Source of the DNA: an uncultured delta proteobacterium
GTDB taxonomy: Bacteria > Desulfobacterota > Binatia > Binatales > Binataceae
DNA length: 64,000 nt
Assembly: GCA_963711565.1 (NCBI GenBank)
Contig: CAVQEQ010000001.1
Span: 448,001 to 512,000, forward strand
Direction: 5' to 3'
The notes under the pieces: model-generated
Database searches by the model: none
Seen by the model: only the letters and a program-made list of their open reading frames with translations
What the model was told of the DNA's origin: nothing
Shown: piece by piece, positions 18,274 to 28,558 of the stretch
Layout of the letters: each line of letters starts with the position of its first letter
Position numbering within the stretch: position 1 is the stretch's first letter
Made by a program: the position numbers and the translations under genes

Positions 18274-19065
18274 ATGAAAAGCAATAAAATGAAAGAGCGT
18301 CCACCGATCGACGACCGTCTGCTCGACGCCATGATCGGACAGACGCGGCCGCGCATCGAGCGTGCGATGAAGATCCTGCGCCGCCCGCAGGCGCGCGTCG
18401 GCGTGATCCCGTCGCAGCTCGGCCGCCTGCTCATTGCGGAGAGCGACCGCGGCATCGCGGCGATTCATTTTCTATGGACCGACGGCGCCGAGCGAACGCT
18501 CGAGCTGCTGCGGAGGAAGTTCGACCTGATCGAGAACGAACCGAGCGCGCGCCGGATCGAAGCGGAAATCGATCGCGTCTTCAAAGGCGACTTCAGCGCG
18601 ATGGATCATCCGCTGGATATGAGCCTGGTCGAGAGCGATTTCAAACGCCGCGCTTACACCTCGCTGCGCAAAGTACCGCCGGGCGCGGTCATCACCTATC
18701 ATCAACTGGCGGCAACGATTGGACAGCCGGACGCTCAGCGCGCAGTCGGCACCACGATGGCGACGAATCCGATTCCGATCTTCGTGCCGTGCCATCGCGT
18801 GATTCGGTCCGACGGCACGATCGGCAATTACGGCGGCGGTGTCGATAATAAGATCAAGCTGCTGCGCGCGGAGGGATTCAACGTCGGGCGCGACCTGCGA
18901 TTGCCGTCCGGCGCCGTGATGGGCCATCGCCACACCAAAATATTTTGCCGTCCCGATTGCTCGGCGGCGCGTCGCGCGGATCCAAACAATGCACTGCTCT
19001 ACGCGGATTCAAGACACGCCCGGCATGAAGGTTTGCGAGCGTGCAAGCTGTGCAAGCCGGCGTAA
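18274..19065 (+). CDS. ogt: O6-methylguanine-DNA methyltransferase with C-terminal Ada zinc-binding domain
   Basis: RAVG...NPIPIFVPCHRV active site; C-terminal IFCRPDC...GLRACKLCKP. Confidence 0.88.
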   Translation: MKSNKMKERPPIDDRLLDAMIGQTRPRIERAMKILRRPQARVGVIPSQLGRLLIAESDRGIAAIHFLWTDGAERTLELLRRKFDLIENEPSARRIEAEIDRVFKGDFSAMDHPLDMSLVESDFKRRAYTSLRKVPPGAVITYHQLAATIGQPDAQRAVGTTMATNPIPIFVPCHRVIRSDGTIGNYGGGVDNKIKLLRAEGFNVGRDLRLPSGAVMGHRHTKIFCRPDCSAARRADPNNALLYADSRHARHEGLRACKLCKPA

Positions 19066-19083
19066 CCGGCCGGCCCGAAAAAC

Positions 19084-19120
19084 AAAAAGAGCGACGCCGA
19101 ATTGCGGCGCCGCCCTCTTT
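19084..19120. terminator. Probable bidirectional intrinsic terminator
   Basis: AAAGAG-CGACGCCG-loop-CGGCGCCG-..CTCTTT between convergent genes. Confidence 0.6.
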
Positions 19121-19141
19121 CGTCAGGATCGCGCGGTCCGA

Positions 19142-19492
19142 TTACTCGGTTTCCGACTGCGACTTGAGTTGCTGGATCTCCTGGCGTTGATTCTCAAGTT
19201 CCTGCTGCTGCGACTGCACCTGTTGCTGAGTTTGTGCGTTGGCGTTTTGCTGATTCTGCATCGAGTTGCCGACTACGTAGCCGGTGCCACCGCCCAGAAC
19301 ACCACCGATCAGGGCGCCCGCGAGAGGATGACCTACGGCCGCCCCGACCAGCGCGCCGCCGCCTGCACCCACCGCAGTGCCGCCGAGAGTGCCCTCTTCA
19401 CGAGTCGAAAGCGGGTCCCCTGAGCATCCTGCAAGAACGAATGTTCCCGCCAGCGCCAGACTCATAATTGCTGTTGCTATACCTTTGCGCAT
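19142..19492 (-). CDS. Glycine-zipper lipoprotein, paralog 1
   Basis: Lipobox LAGC, GxxxG zipper, Q-rich coiled coil, ends SETE; GGAGG RBS. Confidence 0.85.
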   Translation of the reverse strand: MRKGIATAIMSLALAGTFVLAGCSGDPLSTREEGTLGGTAVGAGGGALVGAAVGHPLAGALIGGVLGGGTGYVVGNSMQNQQNANAQTQQQVQSQQQELENQRQEIQQLKSQSETE

Positions 19493-19534
19493 ACTGAGAA
19501 CCTCCATCTTCCAAATGACTATACGTCAGCCGGG

Positions 19535-19882
19535 CTATTCGGTTTCCTGTTGACCCTTCAATTGTTCAATCTGCTGACGCTGTTGTTCTAATTGTTGTTG
19601 TTGTTGCTGGACCTGCTGTTGCGTCTGAGCGTTGGCGTTCTGCTGATTCTGCATCGCATTGCCGACCGCGAAGCCTCCTACTCCTCCCGCCGCGGCGCCA
19701 ATAGCAGCGCCTGCGAGCGGCGCTCCGACCGCGGCGCCGATGATCGCGCCGGTAGCAGCGCCGATACCCGCACCGCCCAAGGTGCCTTCTTCACGCGTGG
19801 ACATCGGGTCGCCCGAGCATCCGGCGACTAAGAAAAGCGCGGCCAATGCCAATGAACCCACTATGATCTTGTGTTTGCGCAC
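19535..19882 (-). CDS. Glycine-zipper lipoprotein, paralog 2
   Basis: Lipobox VAGC, SGDPMSTREEG, Gly zipper, poly-Q, ends QETE. Confidence 0.85.
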   Translation of the reverse strand: MRKHKIIVGSLALAALFLVAGCSGDPMSTREEGTLGGAGIGAATGAIIGAAVGAPLAGAAIGAAAGGVGGFAVGNAMQNQQNANAQTQQQVQQQQQQLEQQRQQIEQLKGQQETE

Positions 19883-19898
19883 CGTCCCTGCCCCCCTG

Positions 19899-20252
19899 CT
19901 ATTCGGTTTCGCTGGAGCTCTTCAACTGTTGAATCTGCTGCTGCTGGCTCTGGATCTGCCGTTGCTGCGAATTGATCTGCGCCTGAGTCTGAGCTTGCTC
20001 GTTCTCGCGATTCTGCATTTCGTTGCCGACCGCGTATCCGCCCAATGCGCCGATACCGCCGCCGATTGCCGCGCCTGCCAGCGGATTGCCGACCGCGGCG
20101 CCGATTATCGCACCGGTCGCGGCGCCGACGCCCGTGCCGATGAACGTGCCTTTCTCGCGGGTCGAGAGCGGCTGCCCCGAGCATCCCATCACGGTCACAA
20201 TCGCAATCGCCACGCACAGACCCTTAATCAACGAAGCCACGTTTGTCCGCAC
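19899..20252 (-). CDS. Glycine-zipper lipoprotein, paralog 3
   Basis: GTG start after AAGGAGG; VMGC lipobox-like motif; SGQPLSTREKG; ends SETE. Confidence 0.85.
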   Translation of the reverse strand: MRTNVASLIKGLCVAIAIVTVMGCSGQPLSTREKGTFIGTGVGAATGAIIGAAVGNPLAGAAIGGGIGALGGYAVGNEMQNRENEQAQTQAQINSQQRQIQSQQQQIQQLKSSSETE

Positions 20253-20643
20253 GAGCCTATCCTCCTTGCACACTGAGCAGTTTTCATGCCCGCCGGCCGC
20301 TGCGGTGATTTTCCCGGGTCAGCAGCAGGCGAGTTCATTAAGACGCGGATAGTTTTCTACCTTCCGCGTGCTCGATCAACCATCTCGAACATTAATCGTG
20401 CATTGAAATTCTTACCGACTCCCCAATTCGAGGCGCCATCATAAACGAATATTCATCTTCCCTGGCTGCCGCAACCGTCACGGCAATACGGCCATTCGCC
20501 GATTCTGATCGTCGCAAAAATCATAAGCACGATGCCGGCCGATTGGAATGTCTATTCCGATCTGCCTCGCTCTATCGGGAAGGGGCCGACTCTTTGAGCG
20601 GCGCGTCCAAATCTGCCGCGATTTCAAATTTCAGCCGGCACCC

Positions 20644-20679
20644 TTGACTCTATTTTGATAGTTCGATAGTTATGGAAAT
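20644..20679 (+). promoter_or_regulatory. Probable leaderless arsR promoter with ArsR operator
   Basis: TTGACT at 20644, AT-rich -10 region ending ~7 nt before the ATG, no RBS; imperfect palindrome TTCGATA-GT-TATGGAA. Confidence 0.5.
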
Positions 20680-21039
20680 ATGAAAAAGGGAAAGGCCACT
20701 GCCGCACTGGCCGCGTTGGCGCATGAATCGCGGCTCAACGTCTTCCGGATGCTGGTGCAGAGCGGCCCGGACGGGATGCCCGCCGGCGAGATCGGCGTGC
20801 GCCTCCGAGTTCCTTCGCCCACGCTCTCGTTCCACCTGAACCACCTGAAGCACGCGGGCCTGGTCACCTGCAGGCGCGACAGCCGCTCGATCATCTACAG
20901 CGCCGACTACAAGGCGATGAACGATTTGCTTTCGTACCTGACCGAAAATTGCTGCCGCGGCGACGCGGAACAATGCGCGCCGGCGCTCTGCAAGCCCACG
21001 CGCTCGACGACTGCGAAACAACGCCTCGTCACCGCATGA
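20680..21039 (+). CDS. arsR: ArsR family repressor
   Basis: LAHESRL, TLSFHL HTH, C-terminal ENCC; first gene of the ars operon. Confidence 0.92.
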   Translation: MKKGKATAALAALAHESRLNVFRMLVQSGPDGMPAGEIGVRLRVPSPTLSFHLNHLKHAGLVTCRRDSRSIIYSADYKAMNDLLSYLTENCCRGDAEQCAPALCKPTRSTTAKQRLVTA

Positions 21040-21051
21040 TCTCTTAAATCG

Positions 21052-21564
21052 ATGCCCACCCGCGAATTCAACGTCCTGTTTCTATGCACCGGAAATTCCG
21101 CGCGCAGCATCATGGCCGAATCCGCGATGAACCGACGGGGCAGGGGCAAGTTCAAGGCCTTCAGCGCCGGCAGCCATCCGGCGGAAACGGTTCATCCGAT
21201 GGCGCTTGAACTGCTTAAGGAGCTGAACTACGAAACGTCTGCGCTGCGTAGCAAAAGCTGGAACGAATTCGCGCGGTCCGACAGCACGCCGCTGGATTTC
21301 GTTTTTACGGTCTGCGACAAAATCGCGGGCGAGATGTGTCCGCTATGGCCGGGACAACCGATCACGGCGCATTGGGGCGCATCCGATCCCGCGGCCTTCG
21401 CCGGAAGCGACGAGGCTAAACGCCGGTTCTTCTTCAAAATCTACACCGAGCTTGAAAACCGCATAAAGATTTTCTCCAGCCTCCCATTCGACTCGCTCGA
21501 CCGCTTCGCCCTCGAACGCCGTGTCAGGGAAATCGGAACCGTCAAGTTGCCTGAAGACAAATGA
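21052..21564 (+). CDS. arsC: Arsenate reductase (LMW-PTP type)
   Basis: [20 protein letters not shown]...CP. Confidence 0.92.
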   Translation: MPTREFNVLFLCTGNSARSIMAESAMNRRGRGKFKAFSAGSHPAETVHPMALELLKELNYETSALRSKSWNEFARSDSTPLDFVFTVCDKIAGEMCPLWPGQPITAHWGASDPAAFAGSDEAKRRFFFKIYTELENRIKIFSSLPFDSLDRFALERRVREIGTVKLPEDK

Positions 21565-22652
21565 CGCCGATCGTTCGCCGACTCTCGTTTCTCGACCGCT
21601 ACCTGACACTTTGGATTTTCCTCGCGATGGCGGCCGGAGTTGCGCTGGGCGCCGCGGCTCCGGGCGTGAGGATTGTCTTCAATCGCCTGAGCGTGGGCAC
21701 GACCTCGATACCAATCGCGCTCGGGCTCATCCTTATGATGTACCCGCCGCTGGCGAAAGTGAACTACGATGAGCTGGGAGACGTTTTTCGCGACTGGAAA
21801 ATCCTCGGCCTCTCGCTGGTCCAGAATTGGATCATCGGCCCGATCCTGATGTTCGCGCTGGCGGTGATATTCCTTCGCGATCGTCCTGAATATATGACCG
21901 GCTTGATCATCATCGGGCTGGCGCGATGTATCGCGATGGTAATCGTGTGGAACGACCTCGCCGACGGCGACACGGAGTATTGCGCCGGACTGGTTGCGTT
22001 CAATTCGATCTTCCAGGTGCTTTTCTTTTCGCTCTATGCGTTCGTGTTCGTGACGCTGGTCCCGCGATGGCTCGGCTTGGGCGGCGCAACCGTTCAAATC
22101 ACGATCGGCCAGATCGCGCAAAGCGTCGGCATCTACCTGGGCGTGCCGTTTGTCGCCGGCTTCGCGACCTGGAAGATTCTTACCGCGCGGATGGGTAAGG
22201 CCTGGTATCGCGAGCGTTTCGTTCCGAAGATCAGTCCGCTCACCCTTGTCTTTCTGCTGTTCACCATCGTCGTAATGTTTTCGATCAAGGGCGCAAACAT
22301 CGTGCATCTGCCGCTCAACGTCGGGCGCATTGCGGTTCCGCTGCTGCTCTACTTCACGATCATGTTCACGCTTTCGTTCGCGCTAAGCCGCGCCGTCGGG
22401 GCGACCTATCCGCAAACCGCGACGCTGTCCTTCACCGCGGCGTCCAACAATTTCGAATTGGCAATCGCCGTCGCGGTCGCGACCTTCGGCATCGACAGCG
22501 GCGCGGCATTCGCCGCCGTAATCGGCCCGTTGATCGAGGTCCCGGTAATGATCGGCTTGGTGGATGTCGCCCGATGGGCCCGCCGCATTTACTTTCCAAT
22601 GCCGCCAGCCGCACTGGATTTGGCCGATCGGCGCGACATCAAGAGCGCGTAG
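21561..22652 (+). CDS. acr3: Arsenite efflux transporter Acr3
   Basis: [30 protein letters not shown] and GPLIEVP. Confidence 0.95.
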   Translation: MTPIVRRLSFLDRYLTLWIFLAMAAGVALGAAAPGVRIVFNRLSVGTTSIPIALGLILMMYPPLAKVNYDELGDVFRDWKILGLSLVQNWIIGPILMFALAVIFLRDRPEYMTGLIIIGLARCIAMVIVWNDLADGDTEYCAGLVAFNSIFQVLFFSLYAFVFVTLVPRWLGLGGATVQITIGQIAQSVGIYLGVPFVAGFATWKILTARMGKAWYRERFVPKISPLTLVFLLFTIVVMFSIKGANIVHLPLNVGRIAVPLLLYFTIMFTLSFALSRAVGATYPQTATLSFTAASNNFELAIAVAVATFGIDSGAAFAAVIGPLIEVPVMIGLVDVARWARRIYFPMPPAALDLADRRDIKSA

Positions 22653-22898
22653 CGGTTCAGCTCTTCCCCGACATTGAGTCAGCGTAGCGAGGTTTACCGC
22701 ATCGTTCTGCGTCTGGTCGGTCAAGCCGGCGAACTTTAAGACCGCCGCGCGACCGACAAATGGCGACGGCCAGCGACAGTTGCGATCGAGCGTCACCGTC
22801 GTTGTAGCCGTAGCTGAAGACAACGCCGTGGGTGCCGTTGGCGAAGATAGGAGCCGAGACACCTGGAGTGTGAGGCCGCTGCCCGCCGCTTAAGCCTT

Positions 22899-23522
22899 TT
22901 ACTGCCGTCGAAGCGTCGCGAGACCCGCGCCGGCTCCGATCAGAAACCCACCGCCGACACGTTCGACCAGATAGCGGAATCGAGGCGCAACCTTGCGACC
23001 GGCGCGATGAGACAGCGCAGAGTATGCCGACAACACCGTGAATTCGATCGCGAACGAGCTGAAGGCAAGGACCGCCACCTGTGAGCCCAGACGGGCTCGC
23101 GGGTCGATGAACTGCGGCAGAATCGCAGTGAAATAAATCAGGAGATTGGGGTTGGCCCCCTGCGTGACAAATCCCTGCCAGAAAGAGCGCCGCTTTGAAA
23201 CGGGATCAGGCGAGATGACCTGCTCCCCGCGTGTTTGGAATGACCGCACGATCATTCGAAAGCCAAGCCAGATCAGGTATGCAGCTCCCAGCCACTTAAT
23301 GACCAGAAACGCCTCCGAGGAAACATGTTGAGCCGCCGCTAATCCCGTCGCCGACAGCGCGAAGTAGATGCCGTTCGCAGCCAGCACACCTATCGTTGCC
23401 AATACGCCCGCAGCCTGCCCGCGCGTGAGGCCCAGCGAAATGACCAGCAGCGCAGAGGGGCCGGGGCTTAGACAGAGGAAAAACTCAGTCATGCAGAAGA
23501 ACGCCCAAGTTTCCAATGTCAT
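22899..23522 (-). CDS. LysE/RhtB family translocator
   Basis: SPGP, KWLGAAYL, NP and LPQFI motifs. Confidence 0.9.
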   Translation of the reverse strand: MTLETWAFFCMTEFFLCLSPGPSALLVISLGLTRGQAAGVLATIGVLAANGIYFALSATGLAAAQHVSSEAFLVIKWLGAAYLIWLGFRMIVRSFQTRGEQVISPDPVSKRRSFWQGFVTQGANPNLLIYFTAILPQFIDPRARLGSQVAVLAFSSFAIEFTVLSAYSALSHRAGRKVAPRFRYLVERVGGGFLIGAGAGLATLRRQ

Positions 23523-23552
23523 GGGGATGATCTCATTGCAACCTCGATTGAA

Positions 23553-25319
23553 TCACCAGCCAATCACTTGCGCGGGCATTACCGGCGCGGCCTGGCCGCG
23601 CGGGTCGGCGCCGCCCGCTAGGACGCCCGTCTTGGTGTTGATCTGCACGCCGAGCACATGACCCTCTGACCACGGCGGACGCACTTCAATGATGTGGCCG
23701 CGCGATGCGAGCGCGTCGCGCACGGTTGCAGGCACTCGATCCTCGATGCGCAAGACTCCCGTGCGATTGTTGTGCGGATAGAACGTCGAGGGAAAATGCG
23801 GCGTCGAAAATTTTGGCGCCTCGATGGCAGTTTGAAGGTCCATCCCGAAATCCACCACGTTCAGGAAAAATTGCAGCGTCCATTGATCCTGCTGATCGCC
23901 GCCGGGCGTGCCGAACGCGAGATACGGTTCGCCCTTCACCATCGCGAGCGACGGCGACAGCGTCGTGCGCGGGCGCTTGCCCGGCGCGAGCGCGTTGGGA
24001 TGGCGCTCGTCGAGATAAAAGGTCTGCATCCGCGTCCCGAGCGGAAAGCCGAGCGCGTCGATCACCGGCGAGCTCGGAATCCATCCGCCACTAGCCGTGA
24101 CCGCGATCATATTGCCGTCGCGGTCCGCCGCCGTGACGTGAATCGTACCCGCACCCCATGGACGCGCATCGGCTGTGGGTGCGTCGCGCAAAGCACGCAT
24201 CGCGATCGGATCGCCCGGCCGCTGATCCATCGAAGCGTGCGCCGAGTCGATCAGCTCGCGGCGAATCACCGCATAACCCTGGCTCAGCAATCCGGCGAGT
24301 GGAACGCCCACGAATTCAGGATCGCCGTAGTACGCCTCGCGATCGGCGAACGAGAGCTTGGCAGCCTCGATGACAGTATGGATGTAGTCGGCGGAGTTGT
24401 GGCCCATCGCAGCCAGGTCGAAGCCTTCGAGCAACTTGAGCTGCTGCAAAAATACCGGACCTTGCGACCACGGCCCGCACTTGAAGACGGTGACGCCGCG
24501 ATAGTCCCCGCTCGCGGGCGACTCGATGCGCGTCGTGAAGCGCTCGAGATCGGACGCGGCGAGGAGGCCGCCGTTGGCGTCGGACCATGCGACGATCTCG
24601 CGCGCGATGTCGCCGCGGTAGAAGCGCTCACGCGCTGCGTCGAGGCCGGCCTCGCGCCCGCGATTCTTCGCCGCCGACTCGGCGTCGATCACGCGCTTGA
24701 AGAAATTTGCAAGCGCGGGCTTCTTGAGCACGCTCCCCGGCTGCGGAACTTTGCCGTCGGGCAGATAGACGCGTCCCGACGACGGCCACTTGGTCAGGAA
24801 CCGTTTCGCGTTGCCGCGGATCGATGCGCCCGCCCCCGCGATGGCTTCGTCAGGCAGATCGGGATCGCCGGACAATCCGATGTGCATCGGGAAACCTTCC
24901 TCCGCGAGCTGCAACGCAGGCTCGAGCACCTCGGCCAGCGACCTGGTGCCGAAGTCACGCAGCGCAGTCACCAGCGCGTCGAACGCCGCAGGGACGCCCG
25001 CCGCCAGCAGTCCCGCGCCGGGTATCAGCTCGATGCCGAGCGCGCGGAAGTGCGCAATCGTCGCGCGCGCCGGCGCCATCATATTGCCATTGATCGCAAC
25101 CACGCGGCGGGCAGATGCCGAATAAATCAGCATGGGCGCCTCGCCGCCGATCGTATGCATGTGCGGGTTGACGACGCCCTCGACGAATGTTGCAGCGATG
25201 GCGGCATCGATAGCATTGCCGCCACAAGCGAAGATTCGCGCACCGGCGGCGGTGGAAAGATAGTGCTGCGTCGCGATCATCGCGCGACGGCCCATCACGA
25301 GCGGATATAATGTAGGCAT
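23553..25319 (-). CDS. Gamma-glutamyltransferase family protein
   Basis: GGNAIDAA, GTIHVTAADRDGN, PGKRPRTTLSP, GTPGGD and GADPR. Confidence 0.92.
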   Translation of the reverse strand: MPTLYPLVMGRRAMIATQHYLSTAAGARIFACGGNAIDAAIAATFVEGVVNPHMHTIGGEAPMLIYSASARRVVAINGNMMAPARATIAHFRALGIELIPGAGLLAAGVPAAFDALVTALRDFGTRSLAEVLEPALQLAEEGFPMHIGLSGDPDLPDEAIAGAGASIRGNAKRFLTKWPSSGRVYLPDGKVPQPGSVLKKPALANFFKRVIDAESAAKNRGREAGLDAARERFYRGDIAREIVAWSDANGGLLAASDLERFTTRIESPASGDYRGVTVFKCGPWSQGPVFLQQLKLLEGFDLAAMGHNSADYIHTVIEAAKLSFADREAYYGDPEFVGVPLAGLLSQGYAVIRRELIDSAHASMDQRPGDPIAMRALRDAPTADARPWGAGTIHVTAADRDGNMIAVTASGGWIPSSPVIDALGFPLGTRMQTFYLDERHPNALAPGKRPRTTLSPSLAMVKGEPYLAFGTPGGDQQDQWTLQFFLNVVDFGMDLQTAIEAPKFSTPHFPSTFYPHNNRTGVLRIEDRVPATVRDALASRGHIIEVRPPWSEGHVLGVQINTKTGVLAGGADPRGQAAPVMPAQVIGW

Positions 25320-25670
25320 GGGTAATTTTTCCCTAAGCCGGAATTTTTTGCCCAACAATTCGCGGCGCGAAACTTCGCGATTTGTTTTTCGCACTTGCTT
25401 AATTCTGAGTATCACGACCCCAATTTGGCAAAAAGATGCCTGTATTCAGGCATCGCGCTTTTCTCGAATCTGTAGCGCAGGGAACGGCTCCGCCGCTCAA
25501 ATTGCATCGCAAAACAGGAAAATCGTTGCTACCCGTGGTTTTCCACACCTCTGGACAAATGAAACAGAAGTGTTCCTCAAACGTCTAAATATTAGGCCCA
25601 AAGCTTGCTAGTATGGTGGGCAGGGTGATGCGGCCGGCCAACGACCGGGAGGAAGTGGAGGGGTAAAAAT

Positions 25671-25877
25671 ATGTTGACGAGCGTAAATACTGAGAGACTG
25701 ATCGGAAAGCATTGCAAGCTGCAGAGACCGGTGCGCGACCACGAAGGGCGCAGTCGATTCAGCGAACAGCCACGGATCATCCGTGAGGTAAATAATCTGG
25801 ACCGGCGCATGTACCTGGTGCAATTTGATGACGGCGCCACCACGTTCCTCTTTCCTGACGAAGTAGTAATCCAGTAG
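25671..25877 (+). CDS. Small hypothetical protein, possibly an SH3-like beta fold
   Basis: Strong GGAGGGG RBS; ends YLVQFDDGATTFLFPDEV. Confidence 0.7.
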   Translation: MLTSVNTERLIGKHCKLQRPVRDHEGRSRFSEQPRIIREVNNLDRRMYLVQFDDGATTFLFPDEVVIQ

Positions 25878-25984
25878 CCGATGGACGGCGCATGACGCCG
25901 TTCACGAGCGACGGATGCGCTGATACGCGCGCGGAAGCCGGCCGACACCAAACGCGCGCACGCGGGACGGTTCTATCGCCCGCT

Positions 25985-26452
25985 CTACTTCTTCAATTCA
26001 TATCGCGGCCGCGGGTCGTGACCTTCGGTCTGCACTCTGCGCCAGTAGCCCCAGGGATTATGCACGAGTTCAAGTTTCATCCGCTCGGGATCGGCGAAAA
26101 AAACCGCGTAGTAATTTTCTCCATACTGCGGATACTCGGCGGGAGCGTCGAGCACCTCGATCCTTTCGCGCACGAGGAAGCCGTGGAACGCATCAACGTC
26201 GGCGCGCGAGCGCGCTCGAAACGCGAGATGATGAAGTCCGACGCGGTAGCGGTCGAAGCGGGCGTCGCGATTGGCGGCTGACGCCTCGCGAATCGCAATC
26301 GTCATCTGCGCGTTGGCCCAGAAGATGTAGTCGGTCCGGTCGAATTTGCGAAAGCCCAGTTCCCCGAGCACTTTGTCGAAAAATGCGCGCGACCGCGCAA
26401 CGTCGTTTACCGTCAGATCGATATGCTCGACGCCTAATACCTCTATTGCCAT
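25985..26452 (-). CDS. VOC/glyoxalase family protein
   Basis: EHIDLTV, GLHHLAF and YYAVFFADPERMKLE. Confidence 0.9.
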   Translation of the reverse strand: MAIEVLGVEHIDLTVNDVARSRAFFDKVLGELGFRKFDRTDYIFWANAQMTIAIREASAANRDARFDRYRVGLHHLAFRARSRADVDAFHGFLVRERIEVLDAPAEYPQYGENYYAVFFADPERMKLELVHNPWGYWRRVQTEGHDPRPRYELKK

Positions 26453-26465
26453 GATGATAATCTCC

Positions 26466-26998
26466 TCAGCCGCGGCGCTCCTGCTCGAGAAAGTCCCGGG
26501 CGCGATAAAGCGCGACGATTGATTTCGCATCGACGATATCGCCGCGCCGAATCATCTCGAACGTCTCCTCGAACGGCACCCGGCTGACCGTGATCACCTC
26601 GTCGTGATCGAGCGTGCCCGTTCCCTCCGACAACTGACGCGCGAGATACAGTTCGATTCGCTCGTCGCAGAAACTCGGCACCGTGATGATCGATCCCAGA
26701 TGGTCCCATCGCGCGGCCGCGACGCGCGCCTCTTCGCCGAGCTCGCGCCGCGCGCATGCGAGCGCGTCCTCGCCGGCGTTGCGGCATCCCGCGGGAATCT
26801 CGCGCATCCAGCCGCCGATGGTGTGGCGGTACTGGCGCAGCATCGCGATCGTCATGTCGGGATAGAGCGCGACGATTGCACTCGCTCCGGGATGGCGGAT
26901 GACGGTAGATCGACCTGCACGCCGCCCGGCAGCGACGCGGTCTCGACGCCGAAGTCCACGACACCCAACTTGAGAACAGGACGACGATTTGAAGCCAT
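26466..26998 (-). CDS. NUDIX hydrolase (ADP-ribose pyrophosphatase-like); 1-nt frameshift at ~26906
   Basis: HPGAS, QYRH, EIPAG...ARRELGEE Nudix box; plausible N-terminus MASNRRPVLKLGVVDFGVETASLPGGVQVDL from ATG 26998 lies in another frame. Confidence 0.8.
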
Positions 26999-27085
26999 TG
27001 TGATTCAAGAATGTGCGCGCCGCGCGGGCCACGCAAGCGCCATTTGCGGCAGATGCTCGAACGGGCGATTATCGAAGTCACCGCT

Positions 27086-27691
27086 ATGAGCCGGCTGCGA
27101 ATTCCGATTTATTTCGATTACGCCTCGACGCTTTGCTACATCGCGTGGCGAATCGTCACGCCGCTCGAGCACGAGCTTGGCTTCGAGGCGCTGTGGAAGG
27201 GCGTGCCGATCGCGGCGCGCGATTTTCGCGCCAAGCCCGGCAGCGTGCTGGGCGAGCGCGAGCGCCAGAAAGTGCTATTCGTCGCGGCGGAGACGGGCGT
27301 TCGCGTCGCGCCGCCGTCGAGCTGGATCGATTCGACCCTTGCGCTCCAAGGCTCGGAAGTCGCGCGCGACGCCGGCGTCTTCGCGGCGTATCACGATGCG
27401 GTCTTTCGCGCGGCGTTCGACGACGGCGCCGACATCGCTGATCTCAAAGTGCTCGACGCGATCGCGGAGCACGCCGGAATCGATCGCGCCAGGTTTCGCG
27501 ATGCGCTCGATAGCGCCGTGATGGCCGAGCGAATCGAGCAGAACAAGCGCGAAGCGGACGAATTCTCAGCGCTCGGCTACCCGACGTTCATCCTGGGCGA
27601 CTTCCCGATGATTGGAATCCAGCCGATCGAATCGATGCGCTTGCTATTGGGCCGTTTCATCCGACAACGCGCCGAAGAGCCGCAAGCCTAG
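27086..27691 (+). CDS. DsbA-like/HCCA isomerase family thioredoxin-fold protein
   Basis: YFDYASTLCY (SxxC) and GYPTF cis-Pro loop. Confidence 0.85.
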   Translation: MSRLRIPIYFDYASTLCYIAWRIVTPLEHELGFEALWKGVPIAARDFRAKPGSVLGERERQKVLFVAAETGVRVAPPSSWIDSTLALQGSEVARDAGVFAAYHDAVFRAAFDDGADIADLKVLDAIAEHAGIDRARFRDALDSAVMAERIEQNKREADEFSALGYPTFILGDFPMIGIQPIESMRLLLGRFIRQRAEEPQA

Positions 27692-27713
27692 TCGCGCTCG
27701 TGCCGAGATCAGT

Positions 27714-28466
27714 ATGAACGCAGGGCGCTTCATCCGCCGGATTATTTCGATCGCATCCTGTGCGGCGATCTGTTCCCTGCCGCTGATCCCTACGCTCGCC
27801 TGTCGAACTGAGAAAGCGGAACTGTCGCGAGCGATTCGGCACGAATCTTTGAACGGGATTACTGCTGTGACGTATCGGGTGGACTTAAGGAAGACCTTTG
27901 TGTTCAGCGCAAACCTGAACCTGCCCGAACGCATCAATAATCAGAGTTGGTATTGTGTCTGGTTAATGGTCTCAGAGTTGAAAGGCACGGACCCACATCC
28001 TTCGATGCTGCAAGTCGGGCTAATGCGCTGGGATCAGAGCAAGTTTCAGATGCAGCCTTTCATCACCACCGAGCAAGCGGGCAAGGAACTAGCGTTCAGG
28101 GGGGTCGCGGAAAATCTCACTGGCTATCACCGGTTTGCAATAGCCGGCGATCCTTCGACGATACAGTTGAGGATGGATAGCAAGGTCTTGATGTCGGCGC
28201 CGCGCGCAGAGTTCTTCAAGGACACGCCAATCTACGTCGATATAGCCGCGGAAGTATTCGCGGTAGGAGACGCGGTCTCAGGGCTGGTAAACAACGTCAC
28301 ACTGGTACGTGGCGACGACAAAGAGACGCCGCCGATATCCGATGCCGCGTTCGAAGACCGAGGCCTTAAGTTCTGGTGCAGCGGGAACGGTCAATGGGAA
28401 GCGACCGGACGATTCGATCCCACCGCGCCCCGTTTCGTACAATACGTGCCGCCTCAATGTCGTTGA
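27714..28466 (+). CDS. Hypothetical exported beta-rich protein, copy 1
   Basis: Hydrophobic N-terminus; clear paralog of the next gene (NNQSWYCVW, HPSMLQVGLMRWDQ). Confidence 0.75.
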   Translation: MNAGRFIRRIISIASCAAICSLPLIPTLACRTEKAELSRAIRHESLNGITAVTYRVDLRKTFVFSANLNLPERINNQSWYCVWLMVSELKGTDPHPSMLQVGLMRWDQSKFQMQPFITTEQAGKELAFRGVAENLTGYHRFAIAGDPSTIQLRMDSKVLMSAPRAEFFKDTPIYVDIAAEVFAVGDAVSGLVNNVTLVRGDDKETPPISDAAFEDRGLKFWCSGNGQWEATGRFDPTAPRFVQYVPPQCR

Positions 28467-28478
28467 ATGCGATCGAAT

Positions 28479-28544
28479 CTAGCGCGCGAGGAATACCGGG
28501 CACGGTGAGTTGCGCAGCACGTACTCAGTCGTCGAGCCGAGCAC
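28479..28544 (-). pseudogene. Duplicated 66-bp 3' end of the usp gene
   Basis: 63/66 identical to 29273-29338 by manual alignment. Confidence 0.9.
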
Positions 28545-28558
28545 TTCCTCGCTGTGCG

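Noticed and set aside
20680-22652. ars operon as a novel system
   Set aside because: Ordinary arsR-arsC-acr3 arrangement
22653-22898. Possible gene remnant between acr3 and lysE
   Set aside because: The minus-strand ORF overlaps acr3 and has no recognisable motif or RBS
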